The position numbers were made by a program, and so were the translations under genes. A model generated the notes under the pieces. It was not told the origin of the DNA, ran no database searches, and worked only from the letters and a program-made list of their open reading frames with translations. This document shows, in pieces, positions 1 to 9,234 of a DNA stretch of 64,000 bases. Position 1 is the first letter of the stretch. Each line of letters opens with the position of its first letter. This stretch comes from Minisyncoccota bacterium (GTDB lineage: Bacteria; Patescibacteriota; Minisyncoccia; Phycocordibacterales; UBA9973): contig JBBABB010000001.1 in assembly GCA_041657885.1 (NCBI GenBank), forward strand, positions 267,184 to 331,183. Direction: 5' to 3'.

Positions 1-719
1 GCCATCCTCCCACCAACCGATAACCGACTGAAACCTTTTTGTATTACTTGTTCTAAATTTGACAATTCACTGTTCGTTGCAATCCGGAGCGCTTGGAAAG
101 TTTTGGTTGAAGGATTAATCCTTTTCCCTTTGTAAAACCTGCTAACGGCTTTTTCAATAATTTCATTTAGATCGAATGTCGTTTTAATCTTTTTCTCCAT
201 CCTTGCTTCTACGATTCCCTTTGCGATTTTTCTTGAAAATTTCTCTTCACCGAAACCATAAATAATATCTGCTAATGTTTCTTCACTCCAAGTGTTTACT
301 ATCTCATAAGCCGTCAGGTCATCACCACTCGGATCTCTTTTCATTGTCATCAATAGTGATTCGTTTTTAGAAAATGAGAATCCCCTATCTCCCTCTTCAA
401 GCTGGAATGAACTGAGACCTAGGTCAAGCAGAATTCGATCAACTTTTGGAATCTTTAAATCATCAAGAACTTTGTCTATGTTCTGAAATCCAGTTGTTTC
501 GAAAGTTACATTAGAATAAGTCTCATCAATTATTTTTTTTGATCTGGATATCGCATCTTTATCCAAATCAAAACAAATAATTTTTACATTCTTACCAAAA
601 CGCTTGATTATCTCAAGGGTATGACCTCCACCACCGAGTGTCCCATCTACAATCGTATCTCCAGACTTTATTTGAAGTCCATCGATTGATTCACCTAGTA
701 ATACAGAAATATGTTTCAT
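1..719 (-). CDS. rsmH: 16S rRNA (cytosine1402-N4)-methyltransferase RsmH (MraW), partial; the C-terminus runs off the window
   Basis: Translating the minus strand from the ATG at 717-719 gives MKHISVLLGESIDGLQIKSGDTIVDGTLGGGGHT..., a SAM-binding motif, followed by RsmH-like sequence. It sits immediately downstream of mraZ, the conserved mraZ-rsmH arrangement. Confidence 0.8.
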   Translation of the reverse strand, partial: MKHISVLLGESIDGLQIKSGDTIVDGTLGGGGHTLEIIKRFGKNVKIICFDLDKDAISRSKKIIDETYSNVTFETTGFQNIDKVLDDLKIPKVDRILLDLGLSSFQLEEGDRGFSFSKNESLLMTMKRDPSGDDLTAYEIVNTWSEETLADIIYGFGEEKFSRKIAKGIVEARMEKKIKTTFDLNEIIEKAVSRFYKGKRINPSTKTFQALRIATNSELSNLEQVIQKGFSRLSVGGRM

Positions 720-720
720 T

Positions 721-1155
721 TTAAAGAACACCTATCTGCCCCAATTTATCTGCGAGGGCGTCTGCCTGCGTCTCTACAACTTTTTTGTAGTCATTCCATG
801 CTTTTTCATTCCAGATTTCTGCGCGATTCTGTACACCAATAACAACAACTTTGGAAGTCAGGCCTGAACGATTTTTTAAATTTTCCGGGATTAGTATTCG
901 GCCATTCGTATCTACATCTACAATCACAGCTTGACCAAACATAAATCTCGAGAAACTTCTGTTATCACTCGCGAGCATTGAGGAGTCAGATAATTTCCCT
1001 GAAATCTTTTGCCACTCGTGGGTGGTAAAGATTGAAAGACAATTATCTAATCCTGGAGCAACAACAACACTCTTCCCCATTTCCTTTCGGAATTTAACGG
1101 GTAATGACATTCTATTCTTGTCATCCAATGTGTGAGTGTATTCTCCTATGAGCAT
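721..1155 (-). CDS. mraZ: Transcriptional regulator MraZ
   Basis: The 144 aa protein has two MraZ/SpoVT-AbrB-like halves, each with a DXXXR-type motif (LDDKNRMSLP and VDTNGRILIP). It lies directly upstream of rsmH. Confidence 0.85.
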   Translation of the reverse strand: MLIGEYTHTLDDKNRMSLPVKFRKEMGKSVVVAPGLDNCLSIFTTHEWQKISGKLSDSSMLASDNRSFSRFMFGQAVIVDVDTNGRILIPENLKNRSGLTSKVVVIGVQNRAEIWNEKAWNDYKKVVETQADALADKLGQIGVL

Positions 1156-1261
1156 AAAATTTCGTGGAATGAGTTTAATTTATAAAAAATTCTTTAACCC
1201 TAAAAATTTTCTTTATGAAAATTTCGGGCGAACAATTTTTAACAAAATTGTTTTAGCCCAC

Positions 1262-1310
1262 TTCATCCCACTTGCCTAATATTATACACCACTTCATCCC
1301 ACAAAACAAA
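1262..1310 (-). promoter_or_regulatory. Putative mraZ promoter/operator: direct repeats of GTGGGATGAAGTGG (MraZ-box-like TGGGA/GTGG repeats) flanking a TATAAT -10 hexamer
   Basis: On the gene strand the sequence reads GTGGGATGAAGTGGtgTATAATattaggcaaGTGGGATGAAGTGGG. MraZ is known to bind direct GTGGG/TGGGA repeats in its own promoter. Confidence 0.45.
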
Positions 1311-1340
1311 CAACCCCTCCCACCCTAAAACTGTGGATAA

Positions 1341-1387
1341 CTAATCAAGAAAAAACCTGTCCAAAAGACAGGTTTTTTCTTGATTAG
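1341..1387 (-). terminator. Rho-independent terminator downstream of lysS (bidirectional hairpin)
   Basis: aaaaacctgtc-caaaa-gacaggttttttt is a perfect stem flanked by A and T tracts. The outer repeat ctaatcaag...cttgattag extends the stem. Confidence 0.7.
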
Positions 1388-1390
1388 TTT

Positions 1391-2878
1391 CTATTCCTTC
1401 GGTTTCATTATCGGGAAAAAGATTACATCGCGGAGATTTTTCTGTTCTGTGAATATTGCCACGAGGCGGTCTATTCCCATTCCAAAGCCTGTCATTGGTG
1501 GCATACCGTGCTCCATGGCCGTCAGGAATCGCTCATCTATTTGCATCGCTTCTTCGTCACCCTCTTCTTTGGCTTTTGATTGTGCTGATAGAAGTTCTCT
1601 TTGTATCATTGGATTTACCAATTCAGCGTATTGATTTGTAATCTCTGCTCCAGCAATGATAAGCTGGCAAACTTTCGCTGTCCCATTTTCATTTTGTTGA
1701 GCCAAAGGTTTTAAGTCCCCCGGAAAATCTATCACAAAAGTTGGATTTATTATTTTTGAACGAGATGATTTTTTATAAATTTTATCCAGCAAGTTTCCAC
1801 GTCCAAATTTTTTTACTTCTTCTTCTTTTACTCCCCATTTTATAGCTTCCTTGCGAGCTTCATCAAGAGTGATAGTTTCTATATCAATACCGGCATCTTT
1901 TTGGAGCAATGAGCCAAAAGTAATACGAGGCCACTCCCCGCCCAAATCTACATCAGTACCATTGCCATCATTATCGTAAACTTTGTATGTTGTCTTTCCG
2001 ACTAAATTTGTCGCAATATTCTTAATAAGTTCTTCGGTCCATTCCATATTCGTCTCAAGTGTTTGATAAGCCGCATACCATTCAATCATTGTAAATTCTT
2101 GCAAGTGAGTAGGGTCGGTTCCTTCATTTCTAAAATTCTTTCCTATTTCATATACTCTTTCATACCCTCCAACCATAAGAATCTTATGGTCAAGTTCAAG
2201 AGCGATACGAAGAACCATCGGCATCGCATAATCATTGTGATAAGTCTCAAATACTTTCGCCATCGCGCCCCCTGCTTGAGTTTGCAATATTGGTGTTTCA
2301 ACTTCAAGGAAATTTTTATTATCAAAAAACTCTCGTGTAAATTTAATTATTTTTGAGCGAAGGATAAAGCGATTATATACATCTTTATCCATCAAAATAT
2401 CGAGATAGCGCTTGCGATATATCTCTTCTTGGTCTTGAAGGCCGTGCCATTTATCAGGAATAGGAAGAAGGGCTTTTGTCGCCATCTTCCAGTCTTTTAT
2501 TAAAATACTTTGTTCCCCTCTTTGAGTGACAAAAAGGGACCCAGTTACAGATATAAAATCGCCATTATCAATTGTGTCTACAAATAAATTAAATACCTCA
2601 TCGCTCAAAGAATCTTTTTTAAGAACTGCTTGTAATCTCTTGTCTCCATCTTGCAATACTATAAACAATATTGACCCTTGTCCTCGCACAACGATAACTC
2701 TACCAACAACTGAAATATTTTTCTTTTCGGAAGTGGATGCAAGTTTATCAAAAGAATTTTTTACTTCCTTTATTGAATAATCGCGCGCGACAAAAGGAGG
2801 ATACGGATCCATCCCTGCTACCCTTAATAATTCTATTTTCTTGATTCGCGCGTCGCGCAATTCTTCTATTGATGCCAT
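1391..2878 (-). CDS. lysS: Lysyl-tRNA synthetase, class II
   Basis: The 495 aa protein has an N-terminal OB anticodon-binding domain and class II motifs (FRNEG, GGAGMGIDRLVAIF-like GFGMGIDRLV). Confidence 0.9.
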   Translation of the reverse strand: MASIEELRDARIKKIELLRVAGMDPYPPFVARDYSIKEVKNSFDKLASTSEKKNISVVGRVIVVRGQGSILFIVLQDGDKRLQAVLKKDSLSDEVFNLFVDTIDNGDFISVTGSLFVTQRGEQSILIKDWKMATKALLPIPDKWHGLQDQEEIYRKRYLDILMDKDVYNRFILRSKIIKFTREFFDNKNFLEVETPILQTQAGGAMAKVFETYHNDYAMPMVLRIALELDHKILMVGGYERVYEIGKNFRNEGTDPTHLQEFTMIEWYAAYQTLETNMEWTEELIKNIATNLVGKTTYKVYDNDGNGTDVDLGGEWPRITFGSLLQKDAGIDIETITLDEARKEAIKWGVKEEEVKKFGRGNLLDKIYKKSSRSKIINPTFVIDFPGDLKPLAQQNENGTAKVCQLIIAGAEITNQYAELVNPMIQRELLSAQSKAKEEGDEEAMQIDERFLTAMEHGMPPMTGFGMGIDRLVAIFTEQKNLRDVIFFPIMKPKE

Positions 2879-2883
2879 ACCCT

Positions 2884-3348
2884 CTATTGTATATCAATTA
2901 GAGTGTATTTGACTAGTCCCTTGGGGGTTTTGATAGATATAACATCTCCCTTTCTCTTGCCGAATAGTGCTTCACCTAGCGGAGATTTATTTGATATTTT
3001 GTTATTTGTCATATCTGCTTCCTCTGCCCCTACAATACTGTAGGTTATCTCATCTTTGGAATTTTCTTTTATAACTTTAACAGTAGTTCCAATTTCAACA
3101 CTTGCACTAAAATGCTTTTTTACCACTACGGCAGATTTGAGCATATGATCTATTTGGAGTATGCGGTCTTCTGTTTTTCCTTGATCCTCGCGTGCTTGGT
3201 GATATTCGGCATTCTCCGAAAGATCCCCGAGAGCCCTAGCAGCTTCTAAAGATTCAAGTATTTCCTTGCGTTTTGTCGTCTTTAAATAATTGAGCTCATT
3301 TTCTAAGGCTTGTTTTTTCTCTTCTGTTATATAATTTATTTCATCCAT
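2884..3348 (-). CDS. greA: Transcription elongation factor GreA
   Basis: The 154 aa protein has an N-terminal coiled coil with acidic tip residues and a C-terminal FKBP-like domain, in a GreA-like arrangement. Confidence 0.8.
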   Translation of the reverse strand: MDEINYITEEKKQALENELNYLKTTKRKEILESLEAARALGDLSENAEYHQAREDQGKTEDRILQIDHMLKSAVVVKKHFSASVEIGTTVKVIKENSKDEITYSIVGAEEADMTNNKISNKSPLGEALFGKRKGDVISIKTPKGLVKYTLIDIQ

Positions 3349-3369
3349 AATTTGTCCATATTAGCTTAT

Positions 3370-5076
3370 TTAGTGATATAAGTCAAAGTATTCTGGAGTA
3401 TAAACACTTATATAATCTATGACTTCGCTCATTACTCGAGTTGCATTACCTGATGCTGCTTTGGGACCACGCTCCATAACGAGGGCAAAGGCATATTTAG
3501 GATTATCATACGGGAAAAAACCTATTATCCAAGAGTTTGTATTTGTATTACCAAGTCCGACTTGTGCCGTACCAGACTTGGCAGCAACTTTTACATTTAC
3601 TAGATTAAGCGCTGTCGCAGTCCCCTCTGTTACTGCCATTCTCATACCCTCGTGTATAACATTTATATTATTGGCATCAACGGGAATAGTTATTTTTTGT
3701 GATTCAAAACTGCTATCTGCAAGAGTAATATGCGGAGTATAAATTGTTCCCATATTTGCAATTCCTGCTATTGCTTTTACCATTTGAATAGGAGTCACTT
3801 GAAAACCATACTGACCAATGGCAGTATTATAAGTATCACCAACTCGCCATATTTCCCCTTTAAATGTTTTTGTTTTCCATTCTGGAGTCGGGATTGTGCC
3901 GTCCTTTTCACCATTAAGATTAATCCCTGTCTTTTCTCCTATTCCAAATAATCTTGAATATTTATCAATATTTACTATACCTAAACCTTTTTGACTTTCA
4001 TATCCACCACCTATTTCATAAAAATATACGTCAGAAGAAATTGCAATCGCTTTTCTCATATCCACATAACCGAAAGTCCCGTGGTCCTTAAATACCGATT
4101 TTTTATCTGGAAAATAAGGATTAGGAATAGAAATTGACCCATTTGAGAAAATTACCTTTAATGGACTAATAATATTCTCAACTAACGCTCCATATCCCAA
4201 AAATGGTTTTATTATAGAACCTGGACTATACAATCCAGAAATAGTACGATTCAAAAATACTTTTCTTTTATCTGAAAAATATCCATTTATTGTTTTACTA
4301 TCACTGCCAAGAGATAAAACATTTCCATCGTATTCTGGAAAGCTGGTGATAGCGAGTAATTCACCAGTTTTTATATCCATAATTACTCCAGCTCCACCTT
4401 GGAAATTCACGTTTTGTGCCATCGACGATATTGAATCATACATTTTTTTTTGAATTCTGGAATCGATAGAAAGATTTATATTTTCCCCCGCTTTAGGTGG
4501 TGATATTATATTTTCTGATTGAATAACTCCATTAACATCTGTTTCTGTAATACGAACCCCATTGACTCCCGTGAGAATGTCATTATAAAAATTCTCTACC
4601 CCATCTTTACCTATAAAATTATCTTGCCAATAACGTCCAGATGAGTCTTTAGCTGGAGAGCTCACATAACCAAGAAGCAACCCAAATCCTGGGGATGAAT
4701 AATAAGATCTCTCGGGCGAAGATAATTTATTTATATCTTCCTTGTCCCATGTGTTCCAAGAAAGCAAAACTCCCTTACGATCATATATTAATCCCCTGTC
4801 AGAAAAAATAGGTTGCTTCTGGAGTGTATTATTTTCACTTTTTTTGAAATATGACCCACCTTTAATTATTTGGAGATTAAAAACTTGCCCAATGAATATA
4901 AATGATATCCCAAGAAAGAACAACCCGACCCAAAAGATAGAACGCTTTGATATTGCCTTCTCTAACCTGCCTTCAAACTGTTGTATATTAAAATTAGGTA
5001 AGTTTTTAGAATCAAGAAAAATTTCATCCGGATCAATATCTTTTTTTATTCGATTGTGATTAATGTGAAACCTCAT
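3370..5076 (-). CDS. Class B penicillin-binding protein (FtsI/PBP2-type transpeptidase)
   Basis: The 568 aa protein has an N-terminal TM anchor, a dimerisation domain and a transpeptidase domain with SXXK (SIIK), SXN (SSD) and KSGT (KSGTA) motifs. Confidence 0.85.
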   Translation of the reverse strand: MRFHINHNRIKKDIDPDEIFLDSKNLPNFNIQQFEGRLEKAISKRSIFWVGLFFLGISFIFIGQVFNLQIIKGGSYFKKSENNTLQKQPIFSDRGLIYDRKGVLLSWNTWDKEDINKLSSPERSYYSSPGFGLLLGYVSSPAKDSSGRYWQDNFIGKDGVENFYNDILTGVNGVRITETDVNGVIQSENIISPPKAGENINLSIDSRIQKKMYDSISSMAQNVNFQGGAGVIMDIKTGELLAITSFPEYDGNVLSLGSDSKTINGYFSDKRKVFLNRTISGLYSPGSIIKPFLGYGALVENIISPLKVIFSNGSISIPNPYFPDKKSVFKDHGTFGYVDMRKAIAISSDVYFYEIGGGYESQKGLGIVNIDKYSRLFGIGEKTGINLNGEKDGTIPTPEWKTKTFKGEIWRVGDTYNTAIGQYGFQVTPIQMVKAIAGIANMGTIYTPHITLADSSFESQKITIPVDANNINVIHEGMRMAVTEGTATALNLVNVKVAAKSGTAQVGLGNTNTNSWIIGFFPYDNPKYAFALVMERGPKAASGNATRVMSEVIDYISVYTPEYFDLYH

Positions 5077-5083
5077 TTTAATT

Positions 5084-5347
5084 TTATTTTTTATATAAAA
5101 TAATATTATTTTTTATATACTCAATTGCAATATATAAAGTTATAAGAACTGAAGAGAAAAATATTGGGGAAGAAATTATTCTATCTCCAGGAATAGTATA
5201 TAAAGAATAGATGATTACGCTAGCTACTATAAATTCATAAAAATTATTAAAAATAAATATACCAATAAATAACAAAAAAATACTAACCCACCAAGGAAAA
5301 ATAAAAACCGAAAGAAATAATACTATATCAAAAATAACTCTTTTCAT
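5084..5347 (-). CDS. Hypothetical small integral membrane protein
   Basis: The 87 aa protein is very hydrophobic with 2-3 predicted TM helices. It sits just upstream of the PBP gene on the same strand. Confidence 0.4.
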   Translation of the reverse strand: MKRVIFDIVLFLSVFIFPWWVSIFLLFIGIFIFNNFYEFIVASVIIYSLYTIPGDRIISSPIFFSSVLITLYIAIEYIKNNIILYKK

Positions 5348-5392
5348 TATATATATATTATACTAGAGTATAACTCTATTTGACAAATATTA

Positions 5393-6223
5393 TTATCTGT
5401 TTCGTATTTTACGATATATAAAACGTAGAATAAAAAATACAACTATGACTAAAATTCCATAGAAAACAATTTTGTTACCAAAAATAAAAGAAAGGAATGT
5501 AAATAAAAAGAGCTTAATATAAGCGATTGGTTTCTTTACTGCATCTTCAATATTACTTTTTTCATCTAAGGTTTTGGCTACTGTTTTTTCTTCACTTTTA
5601 ATTAAATTTATTTCTTTTTGTGTTTCATCCTTAACCGCAGTTACTTGTGTAAAAGTTTTATCGCGAAAATTATCTAATACAGTAAAACCATCTGAAATAG
5701 AAGTACTAACTTTTTCTGGAATAATGCCATTTATTTCAGCACTTGTTTTATTTATTTGATTCTTTAGTAAATCCGTCTCGGACACAGATTCACCTAAATT
5801 ATTCTTAACTACTACAGAGACAAATTGCTTGTCGTTAGAAGTTGCGATACGAGTAAGTATAACTTTTTCTTTTTTACTAGAAACAGTTACTGCTGATGAG
5901 ATAATTTTTGCAGATAGGACATGATCCCCAGATGTAACTTTCCACGGGATATACACATCTTTTAATTCTAAAGCATTCAACACAACATCTCTATCACCTA
6001 GAACTACATTCTTATCATAAAATTCAACTTTTACGGACAATGAATTACTCTCTCCATTCCAAACTGCTGTGTGAATGTTAACAGTATCACCTTCTATAAG
6101 CTTATCTTTGGAATACCAAATCTGCCCAGGAATAAAGCCAGAAACAGCAGATACTTCAGCGTAAACTGGTAGTGAAAAGAAAATGGAAAATATAATTAAT
6201 AAAGAGAGAAAATATTTTTTCAT
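5393..6223 (-). CDS. Hypothetical secreted/membrane-anchored protein
   Basis: The 276 aa protein has an N-terminal signal peptide and a C-terminal hydrophobic anchor followed by a basic tail. I recognise no family. Confidence 0.4.
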   Translation of the reverse strand: MKKYFLSLLIIFSIFFSLPVYAEVSAVSGFIPGQIWYSKDKLIEGDTVNIHTAVWNGESNSLSVKVEFYDKNVVLGDRDVVLNALELKDVYIPWKVTSGDHVLSAKIISSAVTVSSKKEKVILTRIATSNDKQFVSVVVKNNLGESVSETDLLKNQINKTSAEINGIIPEKVSTSISDGFTVLDNFRDKTFTQVTAVKDETQKEINLIKSEEKTVAKTLDEKSNIEDAVKKPIAYIKLFLFTFLSFIFGNKIVFYGILVIVVFFILRFIYRKIRNR

Positions 6224-6241
6224 TATTTTATTATACCATAT

Positions 6242-7618
6242 TTAAATTTTTAATAAGTAATCCCCAACTTTTGAGGCTTCTCCTGCTCCCATTGTAATAA
6301 TAATGTCTTTATCATTCATATTTGGAAGTCCGACCTGCCTTGCCGTCAGGCAGGCTTCCAAATATTTTTCTACTTCCCTAAAGCCAAGAAAAGATTTTGC
6401 GTTATGTGTATTATTGTTTATTTCCTCTGCTAAAATTTCTGAACTTATCGTACCATCATCAATTTCACGAGCATAATAAATCGGTAATAATAAAACTTCG
6501 TCAGCATCGAAAAAACTTTTAGCGAAGTCCGGCAAAAGTAATTTTGTACGAGAAAATAAATGTGGTTGAAATACTACTGTTATTTTCCATCTGTCCCTCT
6601 TCGGATATAATTCGCGGAATCCTTCAAGCGTCGCTATTATTTCTGTTGGGTGGTGAGCATAATCATCGTAAAGAAGTGAACCTTGTGAGAGTTTTCCCCT
6701 AAACTCAAATCTTTTCCATGTTCCAGGAAATTCTCTCAAATATTTCTCGGAATCGGATTGAGAGACTCCGAGAACTGCGGCGGCGGCTACAGCCGCCACC
6801 GCATCCTTTTTGTTGTGTACTCCAGGAATTTTTAATTTCAAATCTGTATTAAAATAATCTTGCCAATCTACAACACGCGCATTTATGTCTTTGATTACAT
6901 CCGCAATATTTACATCGTTTGGATTACAAACTACATATCCATCACTTGGCACTTTCATCGCCATCTCATGGAATGCACTTTTTATATCTTCAATATCTTT
7001 ATAATAATCCAAATGGTCGCTATCAATATTCGTAATTACCAAAATCTTTGGATTTATATTTAAAAATGACCTTCTATACTCACAGGCCTCAACAACCAAA
7101 TACTTACTCTTTCCCGCAATAAAATTACTTTTGGTACCTATAAGTAAACTTCCCACAATAACAGTTGGATCATTACCATTATCACAAAGAATCTGTGCAA
7201 TCATTGCCGTAGTGGTTGTTTTACCGTGTGTTCCTGAAATCGCAATCGTATATTTATCACGACTTATAATATCAAGCATTTGCGGATATGAACGAACTTG
7301 GATTTCGGTTTCTTGCCCGTTTGCATTTTTATGCAAAATAGGGTGTTCTTTTATTTTTTTTGCAAGTTCTGGGTCATAAGTATCTATAGCAATTGTATAA
7401 ACTATTAAATCAGTATCTTTTGGAATATTCTCATATGATTGGCCAATTTTAATCGAAATCCCCAGCTTTTTAAGTTCCATCACAATTTCCCCTTCCTGCA
7501 TATCTTGCCCTGTCACATTCTTCCCTTCATGGAGCATCATTCTGGCCACCGCCGAAATCCCGATACCACCGATACCGATAAAGTGAACATTTTTAATTTT
7601 TGATAAATCTAGGTCCAT
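6242..7618 (-). CDS. murC: UDP-N-acetylmuramate--L-alanine ligase
   Basis: The 458 aa protein has a Mur ligase N-terminal Rossmann fold (GIGGIGISAVA) and the P-loop GTHGKTTTTAMIA. Confidence 0.85.
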   Translation of the reverse strand: MDLDLSKIKNVHFIGIGGIGISAVARMMLHEGKNVTGQDMQEGEIVMELKKLGISIKIGQSYENIPKDTDLIVYTIAIDTYDPELAKKIKEHPILHKNANGQETEIQVRSYPQMLDIISRDKYTIAISGTHGKTTTTAMIAQILCDNGNDPTVIVGSLLIGTKSNFIAGKSKYLVVEACEYRRSFLNINPKILVITNIDSDHLDYYKDIEDIKSAFHEMAMKVPSDGYVVCNPNDVNIADVIKDINARVVDWQDYFNTDLKLKIPGVHNKKDAVAAVAAAAVLGVSQSDSEKYLREFPGTWKRFEFRGKLSQGSLLYDDYAHHPTEIIATLEGFRELYPKRDRWKITVVFQPHLFSRTKLLLPDFAKSFFDADEVLLLPIYYAREIDDGTISSEILAEEINNNTHNAKSFLGFREVEKYLEACLTARQVGLPNMNDKDIIITMGAGEASKVGDYLLKI

Positions 7619-7619
7619 A

Positions 7620-8129
7620 TTATTTAAATAATTCTTCCAAATTTAATTTTCTAGGTTCTTTAATAACTAAAAACTTTTTATCTTTTATAGATTCTAATAT
7701 AGAAAATATTTTTGGTTTGCTATGATTATTCCAATTATACACCCATGAAAAAAATTTGATATCAAACTTGTTCTTAGATTCTATTGGTCGTCCATACCTT
7801 TTATCTAATCCTAGTTTAACTCTAATTAATCGTTTAATAATACGATACAACTGTAATCTTCTTGGAATATCAATAAAAATAATTAGATTTGCCCAATCCA
7901 CTCTTTGGGGTAAAGTGCTTGTATAATTTCCTTCTATAACACCAACATTTTCAGATAATAATTTTTTATTTATTTCTATTAATTCATTAATATCTTTCTT
8001 TTTCCAATTAAAATCTAAAAATAAATTATCTAAATGATATACTGGGTAACCTGTATATAAAGAAATTCTATTCGCTAAGGTAGATTTACCAGAGCCACTT
8101 CCTCCTAAAATTATGATTCTCTTATACAT
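7620..8129 (-). CDS. P-loop NTPase, adenylate-kinase-like (topology modulation/FlaR-like family)
   Basis: The 169 aa protein has the Walker A motif ILGGSGSGKSTLA at its N-terminus. Confidence 0.5.
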   Translation of the reverse strand: MYKRIIILGGSGSGKSTLANRISLYTGYPVYHLDNLFLDFNWKKKDINELIEINKKLLSENVGVIEGNYTSTLPQRVDWANLIIFIDIPRRLQLYRIIKRLIRVKLGLDKRYGRPIESKNKFDIKFFSWVYNWNNHSKPKIFSILESIKDKKFLVIKEPRKLNLEELFK

Positions 8130-8130
8130 T

Positions 8131-8739
8131 TTATTTGGCTTTATTTATAATATTTAGTATCTCAGGAAAAGCGGGTTGTTTAAAATGCCCTTTATTTTTA
8201 AATATATGGAAATTTGCATTAGAAATAATACTTTTAATAAATTCTGAATTTTTAAAGATACAAATATCATCGTCTTTTGAGTGCCAAAGATGTAATTCCT
8301 TACATTTCCTTCTAATTTTTTTAATATTTTTTACATTCAATTTAAAAGTTGAAAGCTTTTCTGGTCCCAGTCCATCATCAAAAATAGCTGGTGCAACTAA
8401 ATGAAGTTGATATATTTTTTTGGGAAAATTATTTTCAGATAGATATTTTAATAAGAAAATAGCCCCTAGTGAATGCCCAATTAAAATTGGATTTTTATCT
8501 TTAATAAAATCAAAATATTTTTTAAACCAAATTTTCCACTCTTCATACTTGGCATTTTTTTCACAAGGCATTTGTGGAATTAACACTTGATATTTATTTT
8601 TTAGACGCAAAGATAACCAATTTATCCAATATTTTTTCTTTTTATTTGGAACTAATTTATAATTTTTCAAAAAGTTCAAATAGTCCTTTTTTGAGCCAAA
8701 AGTATAACCTCCATGTATAAATAATATTTGTTTTTTCAT
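8131..8739 (-). CDS. Alpha/beta serine hydrolase (RBBP9/YdeN-like)
   Basis: The 202 aa protein has a GHSLG nucleophile elbow and downstream Asp and His residues (SKDD, KGHF) consistent with a catalytic triad. Confidence 0.5.
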   Translation of the reverse strand: MKKQILFIHGGYTFGSKKDYLNFLKNYKLVPNKKKKYWINWLSLRLKNKYQVLIPQMPCEKNAKYEEWKIWFKKYFDFIKDKNPILIGHSLGAIFLLKYLSENNFPKKIYQLHLVAPAIFDDGLGPEKLSTFKLNVKNIKKIRRKCKELHLWHSKDDDICIFKNSEFIKSIISNANFHIFKNKGHFKQPAFPEILNIINKAK

Positions 8740-9233
8740 ATATTTAATGATATTTCATCTACTTCTATTAATTCTTTACTAATAATTTTTGATGAATATT
8801 CTTTATTAGAGGGACAGTCAAAAAGAAAAGTTCCTTTGAATTTTTTTCCATCTAATAATAGTGGTAACCAAAATATATCATCTGGCCACATACTATCATA
8901 TGGTATCTCATCAACAGAAAACCAGCGTGGATTCATCTCTTCTGTTTCTTCGGGTGTTCCATCAAACTTATCAATAGAGTAAATATGAACTTCAAGCGAC
9001 GAAGAATGATCTTCAAATTCGAAATTTAATATTCCTCTTTTAGTCATTTCCTGTGCTTCCAGACAAGCCTCTTCTTTTAGTTCTCGTATAACAGCTTCTT
9101 CTATTGTCTCCTCTTGTCCTAATTTACCACCAAAACCGTTCCATCTACCAACACCAAATCCGCGCTTTTTCATTCCAAGCAATACTTTGAAATTCTGATG
9201 TATTATGCAAAGTGTTAATATTTTTTTCTGCAT
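8736..9233 (-). CDS. NUDIX hydrolase (MutT-like)
   Basis: The 165 aa protein has a NUDIX box, GGKLGQEETIEEAVIRELKEEACL, matching GX5EX7REUXEEXGU. Confidence 0.8.
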   Translation of the reverse strand: MQKKILTLCIIHQNFKVLLGMKKRGFGVGRWNGFGGKLGQEETIEEAVIRELKEEACLEAQEMTKRGILNFEFEDHSSSLEVHIYSIDKFDGTPEETEEMNPRWFSVDEIPYDSMWPDDIFWLPLLLDGKKFKGTFLFDCPSNKEYSSKIISKELIEVDEISLNI

Positions 9234-9234
9234 T

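Noticed and set aside
1380-1641. Plus-strand ORFs of 84 and 61 aa antisense to lysS, and similar antisense ORFs inside ftsI (3419-3951), leuS (27121-28093, 29517-29774), the ATPases and others
   Set aside because: They are fully embedded antisense to well-supported conserved genes, have low-complexity composition and no recognisable domains. They are typical spurious ORFs in AT-rich DNA.
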